Shown here: positions 38,248 through 46,806 of the stretch, piece after piece
Layout of the letters: each line of letters starts with the position of its first letter
Position numbering within the stretch: the first letter of the stretch is position 1
NCBI GenBank assembly: GCA_012518815.1
Contig: JAAYRK010000082.1
Coordinates: forward strand, 2,465 to 66,464
DNA: 64,000 bases
Direction of reading: 5' to 3'
DNA from: Candidatus Epulonipiscium sp.
GTDB taxonomy: Bacteria; Bacillota; Clostridia; Lachnospirales; Defluviitaleaceae
The notes under the pieces: model-generated
Seen by the model: only the letters and a program-made list of their open reading frames with translations
The model's database searches: none
Told to the model about the DNA's origin: nothing
Translations under genes and position numbers: made by a program

Positions 38248-38598
38248 CTATTTTGGATCTTTTCCTGTTAATCCATTACTATATAATAATCCACTAGATA
38301 TATAAAGAGGATGTTTTGTAGTTAAAACAACCATTTTCTTTAATTCTGCTAATTCTAAAGTCTCTTTATCAGGTCTTTTCCCCCGTACAAAAACAATAGC
38401 TTTAATATCCATCATTTCAGCAGTTCTAATTACTTGTGGGTTTGTTAGTCCTGTAAGAAGTAAAACTTTTTCTTTTACAAAGGCTAAAACATCACTCATT
38501 AAATCCGAACCACAAGCTAAAATTACTTCTCTATCTAAGCGGTCTTCTCCTACTAGTACCTCTGCATCTAAAATTCTTTTAACTTCTTCCAGTTTCAT
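38248..38598 (-). CDS. DRTGG domain protein
   Basis: 116 aa with CGSDLMSDVLAF ... LLLTGLTNPQVIRTAEMMDIKAIVFVRG ... VVLTT. Confidence 0.75.
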   Translation of the reverse strand: MKLEEVKRILDAEVLVGEDRLDREVILACGSDLMSDVLAFVKEKVLLLTGLTNPQVIRTAEMMDIKAIVFVRGKRPDKETLELAELKKMVVLTTKHPLYISSGLLYSNGLTGKDPK

Positions 38599-38671
38599 AT
38601 AAACCTCCTGTATATTAATAATAATTATTTAATAATAGCCTAAAAATTCTTATTTTATTTACTAAATTTAA

Positions 38672-39829
38672 TTAATGTAATTTACTTATTGGAAAATACT
38701 TACTTCCAGGAAGCACAATTTTAAATAAGTTAGTATTTAAGAAACTATATACTTTAACCTGACCTACATTTGCAAAAGGTTTTTTAATTCTGTTAATTCC
38801 TAAACCATACTTTAAAAACCGTTCTTTTTCGTCCATCAGCAAAAGTCTTTGATACAGCCAGGGATTTCTCCTGGGTGGGTTTTGATCTTGCATTAATTTC
38901 TTAATGCTTCCTCTATACCATATAGCTCCAGGATTTGATATTGATACTTGATTTTCATCAATCTTTACTACTATTTCCCTAGACATATCCCAATAATCTC
39001 TATGTACAACAGCATTAGCCAAGGCATCAAATATAGATTGAACTGGATATGAATACTCTTTGTAAATATCAGCAATAATTTCTTCTGACTTATCCAACAT
39101 TTCTAAAATATTTCCTTTAGCTAGGATTACTTTGCCATCATATTCAATTCTAATGCCTGTGTGAGGAAGATAATTTTGAGGATTCTTACCAAATAATAAA
39201 AGACCTCCTACTGTAGGATGATATTCAAATTTGTTAGAATCCCTTCCTATGATACCTAAGCCTTCTAAATAAACATCTTTATTTTCCTCAAACATGTTTT
39301 CATATCCTAAAATAAATTTTTTTAACATTTCTTCCTTTAATTCAGATACTGGTGCTTTTCTAAATATTATTTGTTCTGAACTTGTTAAACCGTTTTCCTG
39401 AAGCATATTTGCAATTTCGTGCCTACGGGCTACATCTGTGGTAGAACCCCTTCTAATATAGAATGTTCCATTTTGTCTTACCTGATGTGGACGCTGATTA
39501 CTTTTAAAAATCGTAATGACTGCAACATCCTTCCCATGATAATCAAGCACATCAACCCTAATTGGAACAGGTGGATCGCAGCGGTTACAGATAATTTGTT
39601 GAATCCTTTCTTCATTAAAAGGTTTTAAATCTACTCCAACAACTTTTCTGGATTTATCTCTTATTCCAAAAACAATATGACCTCTCCCACCACTTGAATT
39701 TGCAATTGCACATACATCTTTAACAAATTCTTTTTTATCGGATTCTGTTTCTAACTGTAAAAATTCTTTAAAATCAAGTTTAAAGCCTTCAGGCTGTTTA
39801 AGAAGCTTCTCCAACTTTTCAATATCCAT
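38672..39829 (-). CDS. AlbA_2 (Schlafen-like) plus HATPase_c_4 protein, COG2865 type
   Basis: 385 aa. The N-terminus reads PEGFKLDFKEFL...KDVCAIANSSGGRGHIVFGIRD (AlbA_2). The C-terminus reads ALANAVVHRDYWD...ISNPG (RecG-C/HATPase_c_4 like). I can see no C-terminal wHTH. Confidence 0.65.
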   Translation of the reverse strand: MDIEKLEKLLKQPEGFKLDFKEFLQLETESDKKEFVKDVCAIANSSGGRGHIVFGIRDKSRKVVGVDLKPFNEERIQQIICNRCDPPVPIRVDVLDYHGKDVAVITIFKSNQRPHQVRQNGTFYIRRGSTTDVARRHEIANMLQENGLTSSEQIIFRKAPVSELKEEMLKKFILGYENMFEENKDVYLEGLGIIGRDSNKFEYHPTVGGLLLFGKNPQNYLPHTGIRIEYDGKVILAKGNILEMLDKSEEIIADIYKEYSYPVQSIFDALANAVVHRDYWDMSREIVVKIDENQVSISNPGAIWYRGSIKKLMQDQNPPRRNPWLYQRLLLMDEKERFLKYGLGINRIKKPFANVGQVKVYSFLNTNLFKIVLPGSKYFPISKLH

Positions 39830-39929
39830 TTCCCCACCCTCTTAAAAGACTTTAAATATTGTATGTCAAAAAAGTACTCATTAAGACGCACTTATTATAT
39901 ATTGTATATTAAATTCTCAATTAATAAAA

Positions 39930-39954
39930 GAAAAAAAGCACAGAATTTCTGTAC
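39930..39954 (-). terminator. Rho-independent terminator after the response regulator gene
   Basis: Minus strand reads GUACAGA-aau-UCUGUGC followed by U7. Confidence 0.7.
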
Positions 39955-39957
39955 TTT

Positions 39958-40641
39958 TTATTGTATATCAAATTTATAACCTACACCCCAAACAGTTTTA
40001 ATACTCCAACTTTCTTTTTTATCAAACTTTTCTCTTATTCTTTTTATATGGACGTCTACAGTCCTAGTATCTCCAACATAATCATAGCCCCAAATACGGT
40101 CTAAAAGTTGTTCTCTTGTAAACACCTGATTAGGATTTGAAGCAAGAAAATGAAGCAGTTCTAATTCTTTTGGAGGAAGTTCCATTTGCTTTCCGTGATA
40201 AAAGACTGAATAATTACCCAAATCAATAGTTAAATTGGGGACTACTATTTTTTTACTATTGTCTTCTTTTGGCTCATAACGCCTTAAGACAGCTTTAACC
40301 CTGGCAACTAATTCTTTAGGTTCAAAAGGTTTTACAATGTAATCGTCAGCTCCTAATTCTAATCCTAACACTTTATCAAAAGTTTCACCTTTAGCTGTTA
40401 ACATTACTATAGGAATATTACTTATTTTTCTTATTTCTTTACAAACATCATAGCCATTTAGTTCTGGCAGCATAATGTCTAATAAAACAAGGTTAGGAGC
40501 AAAAGATAAAAAAGTTTTAATTGCTTTATCACCGGAATATACTTCTTTTGTTTCATAACCTTCTTTATTCAAATAAAGAGAAATAAGTTCTGCAATATGC
40601 ACATCATCATCAACTATTAGAATTTTAGTCTTTGTCGACAA
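39958..40641 (-). CDS. OmpR/PhoB-family response regulator (no cognate kinase adjacent)
   Basis: 227 aa. The receiver has DD, D55 (LLDIMLP), T (MLTAK) and K (VKPF). The winged-helix C-terminus reads VDVHIKRIREK...TVWGVGYKF. It has a TTG start with RBS GGGGGTG. Confidence 0.9.
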   Translation of the reverse strand: MSTKTKILIVDDDVHIAELISLYLNKEGYETKEVYSGDKAIKTFLSFAPNLVLLDIMLPELNGYDVCKEIRKISNIPIVMLTAKGETFDKVLGLELGADDYIVKPFEPKELVARVKAVLRRYEPKEDNSKKIVVPNLTIDLGNYSVFYHGKQMELPPKELELLHFLASNPNQVFTREQLLDRIWGYDYVGDTRTVDVHIKRIREKFDKKESWSIKTVWGVGYKFDIQ

Positions 40642-40669
40642 AACTTCACCCCCAATATCAAGAATGTAA

Positions 40670-40688
40670 CCCCTACAATATGTAGGGG
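40670..40688 (-). terminator. Hairpin between pspA and the response regulator (weak or partial terminator)
   Basis: cccctaca-ata-tgtagggg, with a poor U-run downstream (uuacauucuu). Confidence 0.45.
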
Positions 40689-40696
40689 GCTATCAA

Positions 40697-41383
40697 TTAT
40701 TCCTTATTTGCTAACTTTGCTTTAAGAGCCTCTAATTCATTCATAGCGTCAATATCGTCTTTAGCTTCTTCGAGCTTTTCAAATTCATCTTTTAGGCTAT
40801 CTCCTGATATTTCACTGGTTAATTCTTCACTAGCTAAGGCTTTATCTTCCATTGCTTCTATCTTAGCTTCCATTCTTTCAAAAGAATCAAATGCACTAGT
40901 ATCGTTTACTTCAGCAAATGTCTTATTAATTGATTCTTGAGCTTTTGCTCTTTTTGCCCTAGCTAAAAGTAACTCTCTTTTTCTTTTAGCTTCTTCTATT
41001 TTGTTATTTAGTTCTACAAGTGAATTCTTTAATTTTTCAGTAACTTCTCTTTGTTTGTCAAGATGCATCTTATAGTCTTCTGCTAATTTTTGATGTTCAT
41101 TTTTTCTTTTAATTGCTTTTAGAGCTAACTCGTCATTTTGCTGAGAAACAGCTAATTCTGCTTTTTGTTCCCATTCTTCTTGTAATTTTAATTGTTCATT
41201 ATACTGTCTTTCTAACTTTTTCTCATCTGCTATTGCTTGTGCAATTTGTTTTTTGGCTTCTGTATACTGCTCTTGCATCTCCAAAATTAATTGATTCAAC
41301 ATTTTTTCAGGATCTTCTGCTTTATCAATGAGGTCGTTAATATTTGACTTGATTAGTGTTACCATACGACTAAAGATTCCCAT
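40697..41383 (-). CDS. pspA: PspA/IM30 family protein
   Basis: MGIFSRMVTLIKSNINDLIDKAEDPEKMLNQLILEM is followed by a long coiled coil. I prefer the ATG at 41383; the track GTG at 41392 lies inside the RBS AAGGGGTGA. Confidence 0.9.
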   Translation of the reverse strand: MGIFSRMVTLIKSNINDLIDKAEDPEKMLNQLILEMQEQYTEAKKQIAQAIADEKKLERQYNEQLKLQEEWEQKAELAVSQQNDELALKAIKRKNEHQKLAEDYKMHLDKQREVTEKLKNSLVELNNKIEEAKRKRELLLARAKRAKAQESINKTFAEVNDTSAFDSFERMEAKIEAMEDKALASEELTSEISGDSLKDEFEKLEEAKDDIDAMNELEALKAKLANKE

Positions 41384-41414
41384 ATTACTCACCCCTTATA
41401 TGTTATTATAATCT

Positions 41415-41444
41415 ATTATATATAAAGTATACCGCATATTGCAA
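41415..41444 (-). promoter_or_regulatory. Proximal SigA-type promoter of pspA (P2)
   Basis: Minus strand reads TTGCAA - 18 nt - TATAAT, about 25 nt upstream of the RBS. Confidence 0.55.
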
Positions 41445-41569
41445 TACACCTTTAGATTTTAAAAAAGTAATGGCAGTATCTAGTGTTCTTCTCTACACGG
41501 TGAAGGTTTATGTTCTATTGCGTCATATTCGTCGATATGTATATAGTAGTGTGTAGCTCTATACTTTAT

Positions 41570-41598
41570 AGTATATTCACTCTTTTGTTTTTTGTCAA
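41570..41598 (-). promoter_or_regulatory. Distal SigA-type promoter (P1) giving a roughly 180-nt pspA leader
   Basis: Minus strand reads TTGACA - 17 nt - TATACT. The -10 is one arm of the palindrome TATACT-ttat-AGTATA (41560-41575). Confidence 0.55.
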
Positions 41599-41619
41599 GT
41601 GTTTTTTAGAAATTTTTTA

Positions 41620-41664
41620 TAAAAAAAGAGGATGCTGAAATTTATACTTTTCAATATCCTCTTT
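41620..41664 (-). terminator. Rho-independent terminator of mutS2
   Basis: Arms aaagaggatgctgaaa / tttcaatatcctcttt with one mismatch, followed by U7 on the minus strand. Confidence 0.75.
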
Positions 41665-41704
41665 AATATACGGTTATAAAGCAAAAATGTATGCTCATTA
41701 TTTA

Positions 41705-44092
41705 CTATTTTAATTCTACGATGGTTACCCCTGTCTCACCTTCACCATACTTTCCTAGGCGGTATGATTTTACATGGGGATGTCTTTTTAATAATTGATG
41801 TATAGCTTGACGCAAAGCTCCTGTTCCCTTTCCATGAATTATTGTTATTTGTGTCAAACTAGATAAAAATGCTTCATCCAAATATTTATCAGTATTTATT
41901 ATTGCCTCATCAATAGTTTGCCCCCTAATATCAATTTCTGGTCCTATATTAATAGTTTTAGATCTTGTTGAAGAACTACTACTGCTTTTTCTGGTCTTAC
42001 TTCCTTTATCCTCATTTTCATCTTCATCTAAAACTAAACTTGATATATGGACATTAAGCTTCATAATTCCTACTTGAACTATTACATCACCATTTTGATT
42101 TGGTGGAAGAATAACAATCCCTTTTTGATTAAGGCTTGTGACAAATACCCTATCTCCTTTGTTTAATTTCTTAGGAACTTTACTAGAAACAACTTTATTA
42201 GTAGTCTTAATCATTTTATTATCTAATTCTTTAAGACTCTCTCTTAGTTTCCCTCTAGCTTCTTCCATATCCTTATAATCGATGACCATTTGAGCTTCAC
42301 GAGCAGACTTTTGAATTTCCTTAATAATCTTATCTGCTTCATCTTTTGATTGTTCTAGTATTTTTCTAGCTTCTTGTCTTGCTTCATGAATAAGCTTTTC
42401 TCTTTGTTTTTCAATCTTTTCTTTTTGCTCTTCCACTTGTTTTTTTAATTCTTCTGCTTCTCTTCGATATTCTTCTGCTCTATTTTGCTCATAAATTGCA
42501 GTCTTCTTACTAGTTTCTAAATCTGCAATCAAGTCTTCAAATTGCTTATCTTTTTTTGTTATAAATAAAGCAGCATTATTAATAATAAATTCAGGAAGTC
42601 CTAAGCGCTTTGAAATGGAAAATGCATTACTTTTACCTGGAATACCTATAAGAAGCCTGTAAGTAGGCCTAAGGGTTTCAACATCAAATTCACAAGAAGC
42701 ATTTTCTATACCTTGTGTAGATAAAGCATAAACCTTTAATTCACTATAATGAGTTGTTGCAGCAGTACGGACTTTCATCTTTAATAAATAATCAAGAATA
42801 GCCATAGCAAGTGCTGCACCTTCTGTAGGGTCTGTCCCAGCTCCTAATTCATCAAAAAGAACAAGAGAATTAGGGCTAACCTTTTCTAATATATCAACTA
42901 TATTAGTCATATGAGATGAAAATGTACTAAGACTTTGCTCTATACTTTGCTCATCTCCAATATCTGCAAATACATTATCAAATACTGCAAGCTCAGAGTT
43001 GTCATTTGCAGGAATATGAAGACCTGCCTGACCCATTAAGACAAATAATCCAAGAGTTTTTAAAGATACCGTCTTACCTCCTGTATTAGGTCCTGTAATG
43101 AGTAAAGTGGTAAATTCATCTCCTAAATATATGTCAATAGGTACTACTGACTTTGGATCCAACAAAGGATGTCTTCCTTTTTTAATATTTATTCTTCCTT
43201 CTTTATTAAAGCGGGGTTCAACTCCATTCATTTCTAAAGCAAGCTGTGCCTTAGAAAAAATAAAATCAAGGCTTGTAAGTAATTCTAAATTACTTTCAAT
43301 TATTTCGATATTTTCAGCTATCATATCAGTTAATTTTCCTAGTATTTTCTCTATTTCATTTTTTTCTTTTATTTTAAGTTCTCGAAGCTGATTATTCATC
43401 TGCACAACAATCATTGGTTCTATAAACAAAGTTGCACCACTAGAAGATTGATCATGAATAATTCCTGGAAAACTATTTCTATATTCTTGCTTTACCGGTA
43501 CACAATAACGGTCTTCTCTTATTGTTATAACCGCTTCCTGAAGTTTTGCTTGATTAGTTGAAGAATAAATTATTTTTTGAAGCTGACTTTTGATTTTTTC
43601 ATTAATAGCCTTTATTTCCTTCCGTAAATTATTTAAGGTTGGACTGGCATTGTCAGCAATTTCTTCTTCTGAAATAATACATCTAGTTATTTCACTTTCT
43701 ATAGTAGGAAGAGTTGTAATTCCCTCAAAAAGCAAATCTAAGCATCCATAACTTTCTTCTTTCTTATTATCTTTATAATAGTTTTTTACCTTTTTACATA
43801 CATGGAGTAAATCTGCCATATTAATTAATTCAGCTGCTGTTAGAATCCCCCCAATATTAACTCTTTTTATAGAATCTCTAACATCTTTAAGGCCTCCTAG
43901 AGGAATACTCCCTTTTTTTATAATCATCGTTAATGCATGACTGGTCTCCTTTTGTCTTTGAAGGACTTTATCATAATCTGATGTAGGTTTTAATTTTCTT
44001 GCTATTTCTTTTGCCATGGGAGAAACAGCATAAGTTACTAGCTTATCAATTATTTTATTATATTCAAGAGTTTTTAAACTTCTTAATTCCAT
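41705..44092 (-). CDS. mutS2: Endonuclease MutS2 (MutS domain plus C-terminal Smr)
   Basis: It has Walker A GPNTGGKTV, DELGAGTDP and an Smr domain (IDIRGQTIDEA...IIHGKGTGALRQAI). I prefer the ATG at 44092 (MELRSLK, RBS AAAGGAA); the track TTG is at 44098. Confidence 0.95.
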   Translation of the reverse strand: MELRSLKTLEYNKIIDKLVTYAVSPMAKEIARKLKPTSDYDKVLQRQKETSHALTMIIKKGSIPLGGLKDVRDSIKRVNIGGILTAAELINMADLLHVCKKVKNYYKDNKKEESYGCLDLLFEGITTLPTIESEITRCIISEEEIADNASPTLNNLRKEIKAINEKIKSQLQKIIYSSTNQAKLQEAVITIREDRYCVPVKQEYRNSFPGIIHDQSSSGATLFIEPMIVVQMNNQLRELKIKEKNEIEKILGKLTDMIAENIEIIESNLELLTSLDFIFSKAQLALEMNGVEPRFNKEGRINIKKGRHPLLDPKSVVPIDIYLGDEFTTLLITGPNTGGKTVSLKTLGLFVLMGQAGLHIPANDNSELAVFDNVFADIGDEQSIEQSLSTFSSHMTNIVDILEKVSPNSLVLFDELGAGTDPTEGAALAMAILDYLLKMKVRTAATTHYSELKVYALSTQGIENASCEFDVETLRPTYRLLIGIPGKSNAFSISKRLGLPEFIINNAALFITKKDKQFEDLIADLETSKKTAIYEQNRAEEYRREAEELKKQVEEQKEKIEKQREKLIHEARQEARKILEQSKDEADKIIKEIQKSAREAQMVIDYKDMEEARGKLRESLKELDNKMIKTTNKVVSSKVPKKLNKGDRVFVTSLNQKGIVILPPNQNGDVIVQVGIMKLNVHISSLVLDEDENEDKGSKTRKSSSSSSTRSKTINIGPEIDIRGQTIDEAIINTDKYLDEAFLSSLTQITIIHGKGTGALRQAIHQLLKRHPHVKSYRLGKYGEGETGVTIVELK

Positions 44093-44202
44093 AAGCAATT
44101 CCTTTCTAAATAATAATAAACTACCATTGACTAAAACATGTGTTAATTATATCATTAAATTATATTATAAACTACTTTCTCTTTTTTAAGGAGGATATGT
44201 AT

Positions 44203-44781
44203 ATGGCATTCATTAATCCAAAGGATGTATATTACGAAATATACTCTTCAATTCAATCTAGCTTTAGTATCCCTATAAAAACATCTTCAAATAATAAGGT
44301 TAATACAAGTACATTTAAAGTAGTCTTAGAAAAGGAAATAAATTCAATAATTGATAATCAGAATTTGAATTCCGATGAAATAAATAAACTAATTGAAAAT
44401 GCCATTTCTAAAGCCTCTAAAAAATATAACTTAAGTCCTGAATTAATTAAGGCAGTTATAAAACAAGAAAGCAATTTTAATCCCAATGCCCTTTCTTCTG
44501 CAGGAGCACAAGGACTTATGCAGTTGATGCCTGCAACTGCTAATATGCTTGGAGTAGAAAATCCATGGGATATAGAAGAAAATATTGATGGTGGATCTAG
44601 ATTTTTAAAAGATATGTTAATAAGATTTAACGGTAATACTTCACTAGCATTAGCTGCTTATAATGCCGGACCAACTAATGTTGAAAAATATAACGGTATC
44701 CCACCTTTTAAAGAAACACAAAATTATGTTCCTAAAGTATTGGCCTATAAAAAGCAATATGAAGCATTTAAAAAAGAGTGA
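44203..44781 (+). CDS. Lytic transglycosylase (SLT domain) protein
   Basis: [25 protein letters not shown] ... AYNAGPTNV is the SLT catalytic signature. RBS AAGGAGGA lies 8 nt before the ATG at 44203; the track start at 44140 has no RBS. Confidence 0.85.
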   Translation: MAFINPKDVYYEIYSSIQSSFSIPIKTSSNNKVNTSTFKVVLEKEINSIIDNQNLNSDEINKLIENAISKASKKYNLSPELIKAVIKQESNFNPNALSSAGAQGLMQLMPATANMLGVENPWDIEENIDGGSRFLKDMLIRFNGNTSLALAAYNAGPTNVEKYNGIPPFKETQNYVPKVLAYKKQYEAFKKE

Positions 44782-44804
44782 CTATATATAGTCACTCTTT
44801 TTTT
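44771..44804. terminator. Bidirectional terminator (SLT gene / NlpC-P60 gene)
   Basis: aaaaa-gagtgactata-tatagtcactc-ttttttt. Confidence 0.85.
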
Positions 44805-44812
44805 ATGTATAT

Positions 44813-45703
44813 TCACTTTAACACTCTACAAGCTTTTACATATCTAGTAGCATAATAAGTTTCACTTAAACTACTTATAGTTACTCCCCTGCTACATTCT
44901 GCATGAATGATACTATTATTTCCAATGTATAAACCTACATGGGATATAGCTCCATTATTTGGACCAGAAGTATCAAAAAAAACTAAATCTCCTGGCTGTA
45001 AATCACTCTTTGCTACATAATAACCATCATTAGCTTGTGTACTTGAACTTCTACTAAGAGAAATCCCAAAATTTTTCATAACCTGTTGGGTAAAACCTGA
45101 ACAATCTACCCCTCTATTCAAATCTGTTCCACCATATCTATATGGAGTTCCAATAAAGTTTTTCGCATATGCGATAATTTCATCGGCATTACCATTATAA
45201 GAAGATACTTTCACTTCTTCCTTATAACTAACAGGTACAACATCGTCATCAAGAATTTTTACGTAATCTCCAAAAATATAAGCTTCTTGATTATTATAGT
45301 TTATTTTATACCAACTTCCAGTTTTTCCTGTAACAGTTAATGAATCATTTCTGTTTACTTGTCCTAAAACTTTGCAACTTGTATTTGGTTCTACTCTTAT
45401 ATTAACTCTATCTCCAGTTGAAACTGCACTCATAGACTTAATATTTAAATCTTCTTTTAAAACATAACCTTTATTATCATCATCTAATAATACTATGTAA
45501 CATTCATCTTTAGTTCCAATAACTTCCAGCTCTTCATCTTCATCTACTGTAGCAATTATTTCTTTTGTATCATCTAATTCATCCCAAATTTCCACATCAT
45601 CTTTATTAACAAGAGCTAGTGTTTGTCCATAAACATTCGACATAGTTAGCATTAAAAAAATTCCGCAAACAAAAGTAAATGTAAGGAATCTGCGTATGCT
45701 CAT
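44813..45703 (-). CDS. NlpC/P60 (C40) cell-wall peptidase with SH3-like repeats
   Basis: It has a signal peptide, two SH3b-like segments and a catalytic domain DCSGFTQ ... HVGLYIG ... IIHAE. Confidence 0.88.
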   Translation of the reverse strand: MSIRRFLTFTFVCGIFLMLTMSNVYGQTLALVNKDDVEIWDELDDTKEIIATVDEDEELEVIGTKDECYIVLLDDDNKGYVLKEDLNIKSMSAVSTGDRVNIRVEPNTSCKVLGQVNRNDSLTVTGKTGSWYKINYNNQEAYIFGDYVKILDDDVVPVSYKEEVKVSSYNGNADEIIAYAKNFIGTPYRYGGTDLNRGVDCSGFTQQVMKNFGISLSRSSSTQANDGYYVAKSDLQPGDLVFFDTSGPNNGAISHVGLYIGNNSIIHAECSRGVTISSLSETYYATRYVKACRVLK

Positions 45704-45728
45704 AATTGTTAACCCCCACCAAGAATTT

Positions 45729-45745
45729 TGTTACGTAATTGTTAC
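45729..45745. promoter_or_regulatory. WalR-type direct repeat TGTTAC-N5-TGTTAC at the predicted TSS of the NlpC/P60 gene
   Basis: It is an exact match to the published WalR consensus TGTWAH-N5-TGTWAH and lies 7-23 nt downstream of the -10 box. Confidence 0.5.
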
Positions 45746-45751
45746 AAGATT

Positions 45752-45780
45752 ATTATATAAATATTTATAGTGTTTGTCAA
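45752..45780 (-). promoter_or_regulatory. Consensus SigA promoter of the NlpC/P60 gene
   Basis: Minus strand reads TTGACA - 17 nt - TATAAT. Confidence 0.75.
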
Positions 45781-45796
45781 TTACTTTTAAAAAATG

Positions 45797-46351
45797 TTAT
45801 ATATTTTTTATATTTATTGAGCAACTTTTACGATAAATCGTAACTTTTCCAAATTCATTGTTAAAACTAATAGATTTCTTTCCCCCATTAATAGTCTTAA
45901 ATTCTGCAAATCCCTGCCTTTGCCAAAAGATAGCTCCTGTGTCATTTTTCTCTGAAACACTAATATAAATCCATTCAATATTTAATTTTAATTTAAAATA
46001 GTTAACAATACTTTCAAACAGCTCTTTTGCATATCCTTTTTTTAAGTAATCTTTAGAAATCATAATGGAATGAATCCACAATATTTTATTATTACAATTG
46101 TAAACACAACCCTTAATAGTTCCTATATAAATATCTTTATCTATGAGTTTTGAAACACAATAAAAATTATTAATATGGCTTGTGTTATTTTTAATAATTG
46201 AGTTGAATTTTTCTTTGGTCATTTCCATGGATGGACCAATAGCATATTTATAAAAACTATAATCATTGTAAAAACTATTAATAAAATTAAAATCATTATT
46301 TTCTAAATCTCTTATAAGCATTCTTTTAGAATAAATTACTTCTTTAATCAT
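45797..46351 (-). CDS. GNAT family N-acetyltransferase
   Basis: 184 aa with an acetyl-CoA binding-like segment (ISKDYLKKGYAKELF) in a GNAT-sized protein. The family call is moderate. Confidence 0.65.
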   Translation of the reverse strand: MIKEVIYSKRMLIRDLENNDFNFINSFYNDYSFYKYAIGPSMEMTKEKFNSIIKNNTSHINNFYCVSKLIDKDIYIGTIKGCVYNCNNKILWIHSIMISKDYLKKGYAKELFESIVNYFKLKLNIEWIYISVSEKNDTGAIFWQRQGFAEFKTINGGKKSISFNNEFGKVTIYRKSCSINIKNI

Positions 46352-46454
46352 TGTCCTTATTAACTCCTATGCTAAAAATAATTATATTTTTAATATAGCA
46401 TAAGAAAATCACAAGGCAAAACTATAATATATTATCTTTTTCTAGTTAAAGCTT

Positions 46455-46490
46455 TAAAAAATTAAAAGCCTATAGAATTTTCTATAAGCT
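46455..46490 (-). terminator. Rho-independent terminator of the 67-aa gene
   Basis: agcctatag-aatttt-ctataagct with one mismatch, overlapping the stop codon, then a U-rich run on the minus strand. Confidence 0.6.
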
Positions 46491-46685
46491 TTCATCATTA
46501 GCCTCTCTTGAATTTTTATATTTATCTTCGATATCTGGGGCCAATTCTTCAGAGTGTTCCATGCCATAAGCCGATCGATAATCAGAATTATAGTCCTTGC
46601 GACCTACGGAAATTGCCATTGACATTACTAAAATACCAAGTCCTGCTCCAATAAAAATACCTATAACAATTCCTGACCAAAACAT
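46482..46685 (-). CDS. Small membrane protein (67 aa), unknown function
   Basis: One TM helix (MFWSGIVIGIFIGAGLGILVMSMAI) plus an acidic tail. It has its own terminator. Confidence 0.55.
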   Translation of the reverse strand: MFWSGIVIGIFIGAGLGILVMSMAISVGRKDYNSDYRSAYGMEHSEELAPDIEDKYKNSREANDESL

Positions 46686-46776
46686 ATAAAATACCTCTTT
46701 TCCGACAAAAGAATTTTATAGTTTTAGAATATGTCTTTGTAAGCTTTTTCATTCAAACAGTTTTTAGTATTTAAAT

Positions 46777-46806
46777 AAAAAACCTCGAATCTATATCGAG
46801 GTTTTG
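46777..46806 (-). terminator. Terminator hairpin overlapping the trmL stop codon
   Basis: aacctcga-atctata-tcgaggtt with A- and T-runs on both sides. Confidence 0.65.
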
